This document shows positions 24,575-34,423 of a DNA stretch of 38,638 nt, piece after piece (positions within the stretch are counted from its first letter, which is position 1; the number at the start of each line of letters is the position of its first letter). Position numbers and translations under genes: made by a program. The notes below the pieces were generated by a model that ran no database searches, was not told the origin of the DNA, and saw only the letters and a list, made by a program, of their open reading frames with translations. Origin of the DNA: Clostridium sp. CAG:1193 (GTDB taxonomy: Bacteria > Bacillota_I > Bacilli_A > RF39 > UBA660); contig HF990819.1 of NCBI GenBank assembly GCA_000436255.1, forward strand, positions 17,943 through 56,580. Direction: 5' to 3'.

Positions 24575-27249
24575 TGAAAAAAATGACTAGTAATGAAATA
24601 AGAAGTATGTATCTTGAGTATTTTCATAATCATGGACATACAATCATGCCAAGTGCATCTTTACTTATACTTAATGATCCAACTCTTCTTTGGAATAATG
24701 CTGGTGTTACTCCTTTAAAAAAATATTTTGATGGTAGTGTGATTCCAGTAAATAGAAGAATGACTAGTAGTCAAAAATGTATAAGAACTAACGATATAGA
24801 ATCAGTAGGAGATAATACTCATCATACATTTTTTGAAATGTTAGGTAACTTTTCTATTGGGGATTATTTTAAAGAAGAAGCTATTGAAATGGCTTATGAG
24901 TTATTAGTATCACCTGAATATTTTGGTTTTCCAAAAGATAAATTATATTTTACTGTTTATACTAACGATACTGATGCTTACAATAAATGGGTAAGTATGG
25001 GAGTAGATGAAAGTCACATAGTAAAACTAGATAGTAATTTCTGGGAGATAGGTGAAGGACCATGTGGACCTGATTCAGAGATATTTTATGACAGAGGGGA
25101 AGAATATGATCCAAATCATTTAGGAATTAAACTTTTAACAGATGAAATAGATAATTCAAGATATGTAGAAATATGGAATAATGTATTTAGTCAATTTAAT
25201 TCAAAAGAAGGATTAAAAAGAGAAGATTATCCACAACTTCCTAGCAAGAATATAGATACAGGTATGGGTCTTGAAAGAATGACTTGTATAATGCAAGGAG
25301 TAGAATCAAGTTATGATACAGATTTATTTAGTAAAATAATAAATAAGATAGAAGAATTAAGTAATAAAAAATATGCCAATGATAGAGAATTTAGAATAAT
25401 TGCAGATCATATACGAACTTTAACTTTTGCAATATGTGATGGTGCAGTATTCTCAAATGAAGGTAGAGGATATGTTGTAAGAAGACTATTAAGAAGAGCT
25501 GTACGTTATGGACATAATATAGGTATTGCCGGTAACTTTATGTATAAACTTGTTGATTCAGTAGTAGAAACTATGGAAAATTATTATCCAGAATTAAGAA
25601 GCAAGCAAGAATATATAGAAGGTATTATAAAAAAAGAAGAAGAATTATTTGAAAAGACATTACAAAGTGGAGAAAAGAAACTTGATGAAATGTTAGAAAA
25701 GTGTGAAGGTAATACTTTAAGTGGAAGTGATGCATTTAAACTTTATGATACTTATGGCTTTCCTTTTGAATTGACACTAGAGTATTTAGAAGAAAAAGGT
25801 TATACAGTATCAAAAGAAGAATTTACAATGTGTATGAATGCTCAAAAAGAAATGGCTAGAAATGCTCGTCGTAATGAGGCAAGTATGAATATGCAAAATG
25901 AAGCACTTCTTAATTTTAAAGAAGAAACTACATTTACAGGATATAATGATTATCAAACAGAAACAGAAGTAATCGCACTTATAAAAGGTGATAAATTAGT
26001 AGATGAACTTACTGATGAAGGATATGTAATATTAAAAAGTACTCCATTTTATGCAGAAATGGGTGGACAAGTTTCTGATACAGGATATATATATAATGAT
26101 TCTTTAAAAGCAGAAGTAGTAGATATGATAACATCTCCAACTAAGGCACATGTTCATATAGTAAATATAGAAGAAGGAGTAATTAAACTTCATGATAAAG
26201 TAACTGCAAGAATTAATGTAAAAAGAAGAGAAGCAATAGAGAAAAATCATAGTGCAACTCACTTACTACATCAATCATTAATAGAAGCTCTTTCTTATGA
26301 AGTAGAACAAGCTGGTTCACGAGTTATGGCTGATTCATTAAGATTTGATTTTACATATCCAAATAAAATAACTGATGAAGAAGTAATGATTACAGAAAAT
26401 TTAGTAAATGAAAAAATAAATACTAAAGTAGATACTATAATTAAAGAAATGCCACTAGAAGAAGCAAAAAAAAGTGGAGCAATACATCAATTTGATGAAA
26501 AATATGATGATATAGTAAGAGTAGTAACGTTATATAATTCTACTGAATTATGTGGTGGAACACATGTTAGAAATGTTGGTGATATAAAAAGATTTGCAAT
26601 TAAGTCAATTGAATCAAAAGGTGCAAATGTTTATAGAATAGAAGCTACTACAGATACTAATATAGAAAGAGAATTATTTGAAGTAATAAAACCATATAAT
26701 GATGAAATGGTAAAATTATTAAACAAAGCGAAAAATATAATGGATGAATCAAAAAAATATGACATTGATTTATCATTTGATGTAGATATAGATAATTCTA
26801 AACCAATGAGTTATAAAGATATTATATTTAATAGAAATGAAGTTATGATGGTTAGAAATAAAGTTAAAGAATTAGAAAAAGAATTTAATATAAAAAAAGA
26901 AGAAAAACTATTAAAAGATAACAAAGATTTTTCTAATATAGAAATTATTAATGATAAAGAAACAATAATAAAAGAAGTTTATAATTATGACATACCACTT
27001 CTTAAAACATTAGTAGATAATGCATTTAATAAAATATCAAATGGTATAATATTTATTGCTAATATAAAAGAGGGTAATGTCAACTATATTTCAAGATCAA
27101 ATTGTAATTTATCATCAGGAGAATTAGTAAAAGAAGCATCTATTAAGTCAAAAGGTAATGGTGGAGGTTCAAACTCTTTTGCACAAGGAGGAGGAACTGA
27201 TATAACATGTGTTGATGAAATTATAGAAAGCATTAAGTCAAGGTTATAA
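24574..27249 (+). CDS. alaS: Alanyl-tRNA synthetase
   Basis: HHTFFEMLGNFSIGDYFK, the editing-domain HSATHLL...CGGTH motif and a C-terminal DHHA1-like GGG motif. The start overlaps the xseB stop (TAATG). Confidence 0.95.
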   Translation: MKKMTSNEIRSMYLEYFHNHGHTIMPSASLLILNDPTLLWNNAGVTPLKKYFDGSVIPVNRRMTSSQKCIRTNDIESVGDNTHHTFFEMLGNFSIGDYFKEEAIEMAYELLVSPEYFGFPKDKLYFTVYTNDTDAYNKWVSMGVDESHIVKLDSNFWEIGEGPCGPDSEIFYDRGEEYDPNHLGIKLLTDEIDNSRYVEIWNNVFSQFNSKEGLKREDYPQLPSKNIDTGMGLERMTCIMQGVESSYDTDLFSKIINKIEELSNKKYANDREFRIIADHIRTLTFAICDGAVFSNEGRGYVVRRLLRRAVRYGHNIGIAGNFMYKLVDSVVETMENYYPELRSKQEYIEGIIKKEEELFEKTLQSGEKKLDEMLEKCEGNTLSGSDAFKLYDTYGFPFELTLEYLEEKGYTVSKEEFTMCMNAQKEMARNARRNEASMNMQNEALLNFKEETTFTGYNDYQTETEVIALIKGDKLVDELTDEGYVILKSTPFYAEMGGQVSDTGYIYNDSLKAEVVDMITSPTKAHVHIVNIEEGVIKLHDKVTARINVKRREAIEKNHSATHLLHQSLIEALSYEVEQAGSRVMADSLRFDFTYPNKITDEEVMITENLVNEKINTKVDTIIKEMPLEEAKKSGAIHQFDEKYDDIVRVVTLYNSTELCGGTHVRNVGDIKRFAIKSIESKGANVYRIEATTDTNIERELFEVIKPYNDEMVKLLNKAKNIMDESKKYDIDLSFDVDIDNSKPMSYKDIIFNRNEVMMVRNKVKELEKEFNIKKEEKLLKDNKDFSNIEIINDKETIIKEVYNYDIPLLKTLVDNAFNKISNGIIFIANIKEGNVNYISRSNCNLSSGELVKEASIKSKGNGGGSNSFAQGGGTDITCVDEIIESIKSRL

Positions 27250-27250
27250 T

Positions 27251-27664
27251 ATGAGATATTTAGGGCTTGATTTAGGAACTAAAACATTAGGACTTTCAAT
27301 AAGTGATAAGACAGGATTAATTGCAACTTCACTAGAAACAATAAGGCATAATGAAGATTTTGATTATTTGATCTTAGAATTAAAAAAAATAGTTAAAGAA
27401 CGAGAAGTAGATTGTCTTGTCTTAGGATTTCCAAAAAATATGAATAATACAATAGGTGAAAGAGGGGAAATGGTATTATCGTTCAAGAATAAACTTGAAG
27501 AAAATATAAATATACCCATTTATTTAGAAGATGAAAGACTAACAACAAGAGTAGCAGAAAATATATTAATAAATGCAGATGTTAGTAGAAAAAAAAGAAA
27601 AAAGGTCATAGATAAAATGGCTGCGACTGTTATATTACAAAGTTATTTAGACAAAAATAGATAG
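27251..27664 (+). CDS. ruvX: Holliday-junction resolvase-like / pre-16S rRNA nuclease YqgF (RuvX)
   Basis: MRYLGLDLGTKTLGLSISD...GFPKNMNNTIGE...DERLTT. Confidence 0.9.
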   Translation: MRYLGLDLGTKTLGLSISDKTGLIATSLETIRHNEDFDYLILELKKIVKEREVDCLVLGFPKNMNNTIGERGEMVLSFKNKLEENINIPIYLEDERLTTRVAENILINADVSRKKRKKVIDKMAATVILQSYLDKNR

Positions 27665-27671
27665 AGGGTTT

Positions 27672-28055
27672 ATGGATAATAATATAAATAATATCAAGAA
27701 AAAAATAAAAAAACTAGAAAAAAGATCATCAAAAGATGTACTTAGAGTAAAACTTGTATCAGCAATTTTACTTTCTACTCTAACAATATGTTTCCCTTAT
27801 CAAATACCACTTCTTGGTGTATTAATACCAACCTTTATACTTCTTACATCATTCTTTATAATAAATGAAATAAATATAAAAAGAAAAGAAAAAATTATAA
27901 AATTAAATGATGAAATAGCAAGTATTTGTAGTGATGAAGATAATAAGAATATAGCTTTAAATAAAGTAAAAGATAAACAAGAATTACTTTATAAAAATAA
28001 TAATTTGAATTCTAAAGTGAAGAAAATTGGAGGAATAAAATATGGAAGAAAATAA
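27672..28055 (+). CDS. Hypothetical small membrane protein
   Basis: Two predicted TM segments (LVSAILLSTLTICF and LLGVLIPTFILLTSFFII). RBS gaggg. No family recognised. Confidence 0.45.
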   Translation: MDNNINNIKKKIKKLEKRSSKDVLRVKLVSAILLSTLTICFPYQIPLLGVLIPTFILLTSFFIINEINIKRKEKIIKLNDEIASICSDEDNKNIALNKVKDKQELLYKNNNLNSKVKKIGGIKYGRK

Positions 28056-28314
28056 ACTAAATAATGAATTTGAAATTTATAATGATAATGGAGAAAAGAT
28101 AAAATGTAATGCATTATTTACATTTGAATCAGATGAAACGAATAAGAATTATATTGTTTATACAGACAATACTACTGATGAAGCTGGGAATAAAAGAGTA
28201 TATGCATCTACATTTGATCCTAAAGAAGCAAATCCAGTTTTAGGACCAATTGAATCAGAAAAAGAATGGAAAATAATAGAAGATATATTAAATAAACTAC
28301 AACAAGAAAAATAA
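28042..28314 (+). CDS. DUF1292 protein (YrzB-like)
   Basis: NALFTFESDETNKNYIVYTDN...VYASTFDP...PIESEKEWKIIEDILN. The position after alaS-ruvX matches Bacillus. Confidence 0.75.
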   Translation: MEENKLNNEFEIYNDNGEKIKCNALFTFESDETNKNYIVYTDNTTDEAGNKRVYASTFDPKEANPVLGPIESEKEWKIIEDILNKLQQEK

Positions 28315-28322
28315 TACAATTT

Positions 28323-28355
28323 AGAGTGCTTACAAAGTTGAGCACTCTTTTTTTA
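28323..28355 (+). terminator. Rho-independent terminator
   Basis: agagtgct / agcactct 8-bp stem, 10-nt loop, T7 run. Confidence 0.8.
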
Positions 28356-28456
28356 GACATATAAAAAGTGAATATTCACTTACCTTTAAAAAAATTATTT
28401 ATAAGAAAACCCCAAGATAAAATCTAAGGGTTATAAACATAAAAAAGAATAAATTT

Positions 28457-28639
28457 TTATTCTTTTTCTATAGCATTTGTTGGACAATTTTCCATTGCTT
28501 CAATAGCTAAATTTTCATTTTCATTATTAGGTTGATTTTTTACATATGCAAGATTATCATCATCAAAATCAAACACATTATCACATGTTCCAACACATGC
28601 ACCACAACCTATACATTTTTCTTTATCAACTTTAAACAT
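28457..28639 (-). CDS. Small ferredoxin (single Cys cluster motif plus distal Cys-Pro)
   Basis: CIGCGACVGTC...ENCP. RBS aggagg. Confidence 0.85.
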   Translation of the reverse strand: MFKVDKEKCIGCGACVGTCDNVFDFDDDNLAYVKNQPNNENENLAIEAMENCPTNAIEKE

Positions 28640-28742
28640 ATTTTTCCTCCTAAAAAATTATATCATTTATAATTTAAAATGCAAACACTTTAAAAAAAAA
28701 TAAATATATGTTATTATAATTATATGCATGGTAGGTGATTAT

Positions 28743-29417
28743 ATGAGATCAAGAATGGATAGGTATTATAAAGATGAAGAAATGTTACAAAGAACTTCTA
28801 GAAATGATTTATTATATGAAGAATTATATAAAGAAAAACAAGAACCTACCAGCAATATAACAGTTCTTGACAACATTAATGAAATAGATATATCAAAAAT
28901 AAAAGAAATAGTTAGTGATAGAGAAAACTATAGAAAACTTAGAAATTATGAAGATCTTGTCGATAAAAGAGAAAAACCAAAAAAAGAAGTAACGCCAGTT
29001 GAATTTGAAATGATTGATGAAAGTAAGTATGATATTAATAGAATACTTGAGAAAAAAAGAAATGACAAAAACGAGGACGATAAGGTAAGAAAAATAGGTA
29101 ATGCAGAGTATAATGCACTTACAGAATTAAGTAAAGTAGATTTTTCTAATCAAGATGATAATTTAAAAGATTTAATGGATACAATAACTATGAAAACAAG
29201 TACGGTAACTGATTTATTTGCAAATTTAAAAGAAACACAAGAAATAGAAAAAACGGATACAACATTCTATACTAAAAGTGATTCATTTGATAAAGAAGAC
29301 TTTGATGAATCGGTTAAAGAAAAAGAAAAGAGTAGTAATACTACACTTATAATAATAATTATATTAGTAATATTAATTGCAATAGCAGTATTTGTATGGT
29401 TTAAGTTCTTTAAATAA
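28743..29417 (+). CDS. Hypothetical protein with a charged N-terminal region and a C-terminal TM anchor
   Basis: ATG 28743 (aggtga RBS) is preferred over 28728. C-terminal TLIIIIILVILIAIAVFVWF. Confidence 0.5.
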   Translation: MRSRMDRYYKDEEMLQRTSRNDLLYEELYKEKQEPTSNITVLDNINEIDISKIKEIVSDRENYRKLRNYEDLVDKREKPKKEVTPVEFEMIDESKYDINRILEKKRNDKNEDDKVRKIGNAEYNALTELSKVDFSNQDDNLKDLMDTITMKTSTVTDLFANLKETQEIEKTDTTFYTKSDSFDKEDFDESVKEKEKSSNTTLIIIIILVILIAIAVFVWFKFFK

Positions 29418-29453
29418 GTACTATAATTAGTACTTATTTTCATAATATTTAAT

Positions 29454-30164
29454 ATGAAAAAGAAAATATTTGTAATAACATTAATACTAATTATAGTATT
29501 AAGTTTAATGAGTTTAAATTTTTTAAATAAGAAAGTATCTCCAGTATTATTTAGCTATGCACAAAGTGAGACAAAAAGATTATCTGCAATAATAATAAAT
29601 AAAGCAATTAATAAGCAACTTGCAAATGGAATAGATTTAGAAAAGTTATTTCAAATAGTTAAAAATACGGATGGAGAAATACAAACAATTGATTTTAATC
29701 CTCTTGTAGTAAATAAAATATTAAACACAACTACAAATGTAGTTTTAGTTAATTTAAAAGCAGTTGAAGAAGGAAATATAAATTTTGTTGAACTTCCAGA
29801 TATTCTTATTAATAGTAAAAACTTACAAAAAGGAATCATATATGAATTACCTATATTTGTATCTACAAATAATTTATTACTTTCAAATTTAGGGCCTAAA
29901 ATACCAATAAAACTTAATGTAATCGGTAGTGTAGAAAGTAATATTAAAACAAATATAAAAGAATATGGGATAAATAATGCTTTAATCGAAGTATTTGTTG
30001 AAATAACTGTAAGTGAGATGGTAAATGTACCATTTATTTCAAACAAAGTAAAAGTAACATCATCTATACCAATCGCATTTAAGGTAATACAAGGTAAAGT
30101 TCCTAGATATTATGGTGGAAATTTATCGAAAGAATCAAATATATTATCTATACCAATTGAATAA
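29454..30164 (+). CDS. yunB: Sporulation protein YunB-like
   Basis: N-terminal TM segment, length about 236 aa, and the general YunB pattern (AIIINKAINKQL...IQTIDFNP..VNKIL). Called from memory of the family, not from a search. Confidence 0.5.
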   Translation: MKKKIFVITLILIIVLSLMSLNFLNKKVSPVLFSYAQSETKRLSAIIINKAINKQLANGIDLEKLFQIVKNTDGEIQTIDFNPLVVNKILNTTTNVVLVNLKAVEEGNINFVELPDILINSKNLQKGIIYELPIFVSTNNLLLSNLGPKIPIKLNVIGSVESNIKTNIKEYGINNALIEVFVEITVSEMVNVPFISNKVKVTSSIPIAFKVIQGKVPRYYGGNLSKESNILSIPIE

Positions 30165-30198
30165 TTTATGGTATTATTATTATAAAGGAAGTGTAAAT

Positions 30199-30483
30199 AT
30201 GAAAGAGTTTACAATTGATAAATATAAATATGAAGTAATAAAAAATGTAAGAGATGGTTTTGATTTAGAAGAAGTTAAAAATAAATTAACAGATTATTTT
30301 TATCCATATGATTATATAGTTGGAGATTGGGCATATGGAAAATTAAGATTAAAAGGTTTTTATGATGAAAAAAATAAAAATTGTAAGGAAATTAACAACA
30401 TAAAAAATGTTGATAATTACATAAAAAACAATTGTGCATACAATTGTAAACATTTTATTGTAAAAAAATGTGTACAAAAATAG
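30199..30483 (+). CDS. yutD: DUF1027 protein (YutD-like)
   Basis: YDYIVGDWAYGKLRLKGFY. ATG 30199 is chosen. The track's upstream extension from 30112 overlaps yunB in another frame. Confidence 0.6.
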   Translation: MKEFTIDKYKYEVIKNVRDGFDLEEVKNKLTDYFYPYDYIVGDWAYGKLRLKGFYDEKNKNCKEINNIKNVDNYIKNNCAYNCKHFIVKKCVQK

Positions 30484-30542
30484 TAAATATGTGTTATAAT
30501 AACATTGAATTGTAATGTAAGAATAAAATAGAGGTGGATATA

Positions 30543-30812
30543 ATGAATGAAAATAAGACAAAAATAATAGTTCTAGATGAAACAGGTAATGAAAAAGAAG
30601 CAGAAATCCTATCAGCATTCAGTATAAAAAAATATAATAAAAACTACATTTTATATACTTTAAATGAAGTAGATGAAAATGATATGATTAAAATATATGC
30701 ATCTGAACTAATTGAAAAAGACAATATGTATTCATTAGGTGTTATTGAATCTGATGAAGAATGGGCAGCAGTAAAAGAAGTAATGAAAGAAATGGCAAAA
30801 AGTGAGGAATAA
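30543..30812 (+). CDS. DUF1292 protein (second clear paralogue)
   Basis: IIVLDETGNEKEAEIL..F.....KNYILYT...IKIYASEL...VIESDEEWAAVKEVM. ATG 30543 follows the agaggtgg RBS. Confidence 0.7.
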   Translation: MNENKTKIIVLDETGNEKEAEILSAFSIKKYNKNYILYTLNEVDENDMIKIYASELIEKDNMYSLGVIESDEEWAAVKEVMKEMAKSEE

Positions 30813-30833
30813 TTAAATTAGGAGGTAATTGCT

Positions 30834-32129
30834 ATGGATACAGTTTATACAAATTATACTTTATCATCACCATTTAATAATGTTAAAGATGAAGTAATGA
30901 CAAGAGCAGTAAGAGTAAAAAAAGCAATAACAGAAAAACTTCAAAAACATTTATCTTTTAAAGAAGAAGTTAAGAACGATGTTAGTACTGTAGAAAAAGA
31001 AAATGAAAGTGATAGTTTAAAAGAAAAATTAATTGGTTTAATTCATCAAGGCAAAGTAGAAGCTAAAGTAAAAAGAATGGTTTTATATACTAAGGATTTA
31101 GCAGATAAAAATGCTCGTATATTAGAAAAAACTTTTGGAACACTTAAAGATATTAAAGAAGAAGATATAAAAGTAGAAAATCCAACAGTTTCACCTAGTG
31201 GAGTAATTTCTGATTCTTGGGATAATGTTAGTGTTAAAGAAGAACCAATTGTAAATGAAACTAAAGTAGAAGAAAATATGCCTGTTAAACCAGTAGATAA
31301 AGTTGAAGAACCAAAAGAAAACGTGTTAGCTGAAGAATCTAATGAAGATGTTTATCAACCACAAGAAGAGACTAAAATAGAAGTTAAAGAACCAGAAACA
31401 GTTAATGATAATTCACTTGATTTTTCATTTCCTAATTCATGGACTAGTGAAAATGAGAATAATGAAGTAAAAGTTAATGATACTCCTAAATCTCTAATTT
31501 CAACAAATAGTTTAACAGATGGATTAAGTGCAATGTTATCAAGAAACCTTAAGCCAGAACCAGTTGCTAGTAAAATAGATATAGAAATTCCAAAGCCAAC
31601 TTTCGAAGCCGAAAAAGAAGAAACTTTAAGCTCATCATCAGTACTTGCAAAAGTTAAAATGACAAAAGATAGATTAAGAGATGAACAAGCTAAAAATGCA
31701 GTTTTAACATCAAGAGTAGATTCTCTAGAAGCAAAAAATAGTGAATCAAAAGATAAAATACGTGTACTTGAAGCATTTATAAAAGATGTAGTAAAAGAAA
31801 ACGGAAGATTAACTAGTGAAAATACTCAATTATCAGGAGAAGTTAAAAAGTTAAAAACAAATGTAGAAACTTTATCTGATACTAATAAGAGAATTAATGA
31901 TGATCAAAGAAAAGTTCGTCAAGAAGAATCTTCAAAATATATTGCAGAAATTGCTTCATTAAAAGAACAATTTGCAAAAGAAAAAGAAGAATTGAGAATA
32001 GAGTATACTCAAAAGTTAGAATCATCTAAAGCAAGTCACAAAAAAGCTATGGAAGAATTATATAGAACTCTTTCAGAAGCACTTGGTGAACCTGTAAAAG
32101 GTGATGATGATTATCAAAAAGTAGCATAA
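30834..32129 (+). CDS. Hypothetical protein with an acidic Glu/Pro/Val-rich centre and a long C-terminal coiled coil
   Basis: RBS aggagg. Heptad-like C-terminal third (LEAKNSESKDKIRVLEAFIKD...LKTNVETLSD...). No family recognised. Confidence 0.55.
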   Translation: MDTVYTNYTLSSPFNNVKDEVMTRAVRVKKAITEKLQKHLSFKEEVKNDVSTVEKENESDSLKEKLIGLIHQGKVEAKVKRMVLYTKDLADKNARILEKTFGTLKDIKEEDIKVENPTVSPSGVISDSWDNVSVKEEPIVNETKVEENMPVKPVDKVEEPKENVLAEESNEDVYQPQEETKIEVKEPETVNDNSLDFSFPNSWTSENENNEVKVNDTPKSLISTNSLTDGLSAMLSRNLKPEPVASKIDIEIPKPTFEAEKEETLSSSSVLAKVKMTKDRLRDEQAKNAVLTSRVDSLEAKNSESKDKIRVLEAFIKDVVKENGRLTSENTQLSGEVKKLKTNVETLSDTNKRINDDQRKVRQEESSKYIAEIASLKEQFAKEKEELRIEYTQKLESSKASHKKAMEELYRTLSEALGEPVKGDDDYQKVA

Positions 32130-32135
32130 TAAATT

Positions 32136-32162
32136 AAAAAGATATTTTAAATATCTTTTTTT
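32136..32162 (+). terminator. Rho-independent terminator
   Basis: aaaaagatat / atatcttttt stem, then a T-run. Confidence 0.65.
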
Positions 32163-32195
32163 CATGTATAATAAACTTGTATGAAAGGAGTTTAT

Positions 32196-33380
32196 ATGGA
32201 AAAACTAATAATGATTAAATATGGAGAATTATCTACTAAGAAGGATAATATCAAAGTATTTATAGAAAAATTAAGTAATAATATAACAAAAAAATTAAAA
32301 AATTATGATATAAAAATACAAAAAAATAAAGTAAGAATGTTTATTGATATAAAGAATTATGATGAAGATAAGATAGTTAATTTGTTAAAAGAGGTATTTG
32401 GTATACATAGTATTGTTATTTGTTATAAAGTAGATAAAAACTTAGAAAGTATAGAAAGTGAATCTTTAAATTTACTTAAAAATGAAAACTTTAAAACTTT
32501 TAAAGTAGAAACAAATAGAGCAGATAAGAATTTCAAATATAATTCAATGGAAGTAAGTAAATTTGTGGGTGCACGTATTCTTAAAAATATAGATAATGTT
32601 AAAGTAGATGTACATAATCCAGATATATTATTACATGTTGAAATAAGAAGTGAATGTACATATATATATACTAAGGAAATACCTGGATTAGGCGGATATC
32701 CAACAGGAATACAAGGCAAAGGATTACTTATGTTAAGTGGTGGAATAGATTCACCAGTAGCAGGTTATTTAGCATCTAAAAGAGGAATAGATATAGATGC
32801 AATATATTTTGAAGCACCACCACATACTAGTAATGATGCTAAAAATAAAGTAATTACTTTAGCAAAAGAATTGTCTAAATATGGAAATAATATAAACTTA
32901 TATGTCATTCCATTTACTAAATTACAAGAAGCAATATATAAAAATATGGATCCTACTTATATGATAACCATATTAAGAAGAATGATGTATAGAATATCAG
33001 AAAAAGTTGCGAAGAAAACAAAATCAAAAATAATAATAAATGGTGAATCAATTGGTCAAGTTGCTAGCCAAACATTAACAAGTATGTATGTAATTAATAA
33101 TGTTACTAATATGCCAGTAATAAGACCAGTAGCATGTTTAGATAAATTAGAGATAATAGAAATTGCAAAAAAAATAAATACTTATGAAATAAGTATATTA
33201 CCATATGAAGATTGTTGTACAATTTTTGTACCAAAACATCCAGTAATAAATCCTAATTTAGAAAAATGTATATATAATGAATCATTAATAGATTATGAAT
33301 CTATGATAGAAGAATGCGTTAATAATATGGAAAAAATAAATATAAATGAATATAATAATAACTTGTCCAATTTGCTATAA
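32196..33380 (+). CDS. thiI: tRNA 4-thiouridine synthase ThiI (THUMP plus PP-loop ATPase)
   Basis: IMIKYGELSTK and the PP-loop LMLSGGIDSPVAGYL. ATG 32196 (aaggag RBS) is preferred over 32181. Confidence 0.9.
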   Translation: MEKLIMIKYGELSTKKDNIKVFIEKLSNNITKKLKNYDIKIQKNKVRMFIDIKNYDEDKIVNLLKEVFGIHSIVICYKVDKNLESIESESLNLLKNENFKTFKVETNRADKNFKYNSMEVSKFVGARILKNIDNVKVDVHNPDILLHVEIRSECTYIYTKEIPGLGGYPTGIQGKGLLMLSGGIDSPVAGYLASKRGIDIDAIYFEAPPHTSNDAKNKVITLAKELSKYGNNINLYVIPFTKLQEAIYKNMDPTYMITILRRMMYRISEKVAKKTKSKIIINGESIGQVASQTLTSMYVINNVTNMPVIRPVACLDKLEIIEIAKKINTYEISILPYEDCCTIFVPKHPVINPNLEKCIYNESLIDYESMIEECVNNMEKININEYNNNLSNLL

Positions 33381-33398
33381 ATTACCATAGAAAAATTT

Positions 33399-33427
33399 GT
33401 ATATTTTGACAAAAATTTCACATTCTA
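33399..33427 (+). promoter_or_regulatory. Forespore sigma-G/sigma-F-type promoter candidate for the SASP gene
   Basis: GTATA, 17-bp spacer, CATTCTA. This fits GHATR-N17/18-CATNNTA as known for ssp genes. Confidence 0.5.
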
Positions 33428-33450
33428 ATAGTGTATAGGAGGTGAAATAA

Positions 33451-33660
33451 ATGAACAACAAAACTACAAAAATGGCTGTACCAGGAGCTAAACAAGCAAT
33501 TGACAGAATGAAATATGAAATAGCTAACGAATTTGGTGTTAACTTAGGACCAGATACAACTGCTAGAGCAAACGGATCAGTTGGTGGTGAAATCACAAAA
33601 CGTTTAGTACAATTAGGTGAAAACCAATTAAGTGGATCAACTTATGGTCAATCTAAATAG
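33451..33660 (+). CDS. Alpha/beta-type small acid-soluble spore protein
   Basis: [10 protein letters not shown] and [12 protein letters not shown] signature blocks. RBS aggaggtg. Confidence 0.9.
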   Translation: MNNKTTKMAVPGAKQAIDRMKYEIANEFGVNLGPDTTARANGSVGGEITKRLVQLGENQLSGSTYGQSK

Positions 33661-33674
33661 TTAAATAGATAATA

Positions 33675-33709
33675 GATTAAAAAATGTTACAATTTTTTAA
33701 TCTTTTTTA
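33675..33709 (+). terminator. Rho-independent terminator
   Basis: agattaaaaaat / attttttaatct 12-bp A-T-rich stem, then a T-run. Confidence 0.6.
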
Positions 33710-33798
33710 TTTATAATAATTAATCTATTTTACGTCTACTTAAATAATCATTAATTTACTAACTATATAATACATGATATAATTATAGTGGTGATAAA

Positions 33799-34422
33799 AT
33801 GAAAAATATAAATAAATTACAGAAAATAATTTTTATTATAATAATCGCATTAATTATAGCAATGGGTATATATGTTCTTACTATATTTATTCCAAATAAA
33901 AAAGCAAATACAAAAATTGATAAAGAAGAAACTATAAAATATGATTATACTGTATATAAAAGAGATAGTTCTTTATATAAAGAAACGTTCAAAGATTTAA
34001 AAAAAGTATTAGATGCGAGTGAAATTGATTATAATAAGTATGCAGAAGATGTAACCAAGCTTTTTATTATTGATTTTTATACATTAAATAATAAACTGAG
34101 TAAAGATGATATTGGAGGATTACAATATATAAAAAGTGATTTTAAAGATAACTTTATATTAAATGCAAGAAATACAATGTATAAATATATAGAAAATAAT
34201 AGTGATGGTAAAAGAAATCAAGAATTGCCTGAAGTAAGTAATGTAAAAACAGAAAAAGTAGAAAAAGGTACATATGAAATTGATAAGATAAGTTATGAAG
34301 CATATATTTTAGATATGACTTTTGAATATAAAAAAGATTTAGGATATGATACAAGTGCTAAATTCACTCTAATTAAAGATGGAGAAAAACTATATATAGT
34401 AGAAGAAAGTAAGATGGATTAG
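33799..34422 (+). CDS. Hypothetical N-terminally anchored protein
   Basis: TM segment IIFIIIIALIIAMGIYVLTIFI. No family recognised. Confidence 0.5.
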   Translation: MKNINKLQKIIFIIIIALIIAMGIYVLTIFIPNKKANTKIDKEETIKYDYTVYKRDSSLYKETFKDLKKVLDASEIDYNKYAEDVTKLFIIDFYTLNNKLSKDDIGGLQYIKSDFKDNFILNARNTMYKYIENNSDGKRNQELPEVSNVKTEKVEKGTYEIDKISYEAYILDMTFEYKKDLGYDTSAKFTLIKDGEKLYIVEESKMD

Positions 34423-34423
34423 T

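Noticed and set aside
28373-28390. Perfect palindrome aagtgaatattcactt, considered as a Rex, CRP/FNR or other operator
   Set aside because: The half-site spacing (GTGAA-N2-TTCAC) does not fit Rex (N4) or CRP/FNR (TGTGA-N6-TCACA). It lies between two convergent 3' ends where no promoter is expected. It is more likely a weak minus-strand terminator hairpin for the ferredoxin gene, since ttttat follows it on the minus strand.
30112-30198. Upstream extension of the YutD-like ORF
   Set aside because: It overlaps the yunB 3' end in another frame and adds a non-homologous N-terminus (MVEIYRKNQIYYLYQLNNLWYYYYKGSVN). The DUF1027 homology starts at MKEFTIDKY.
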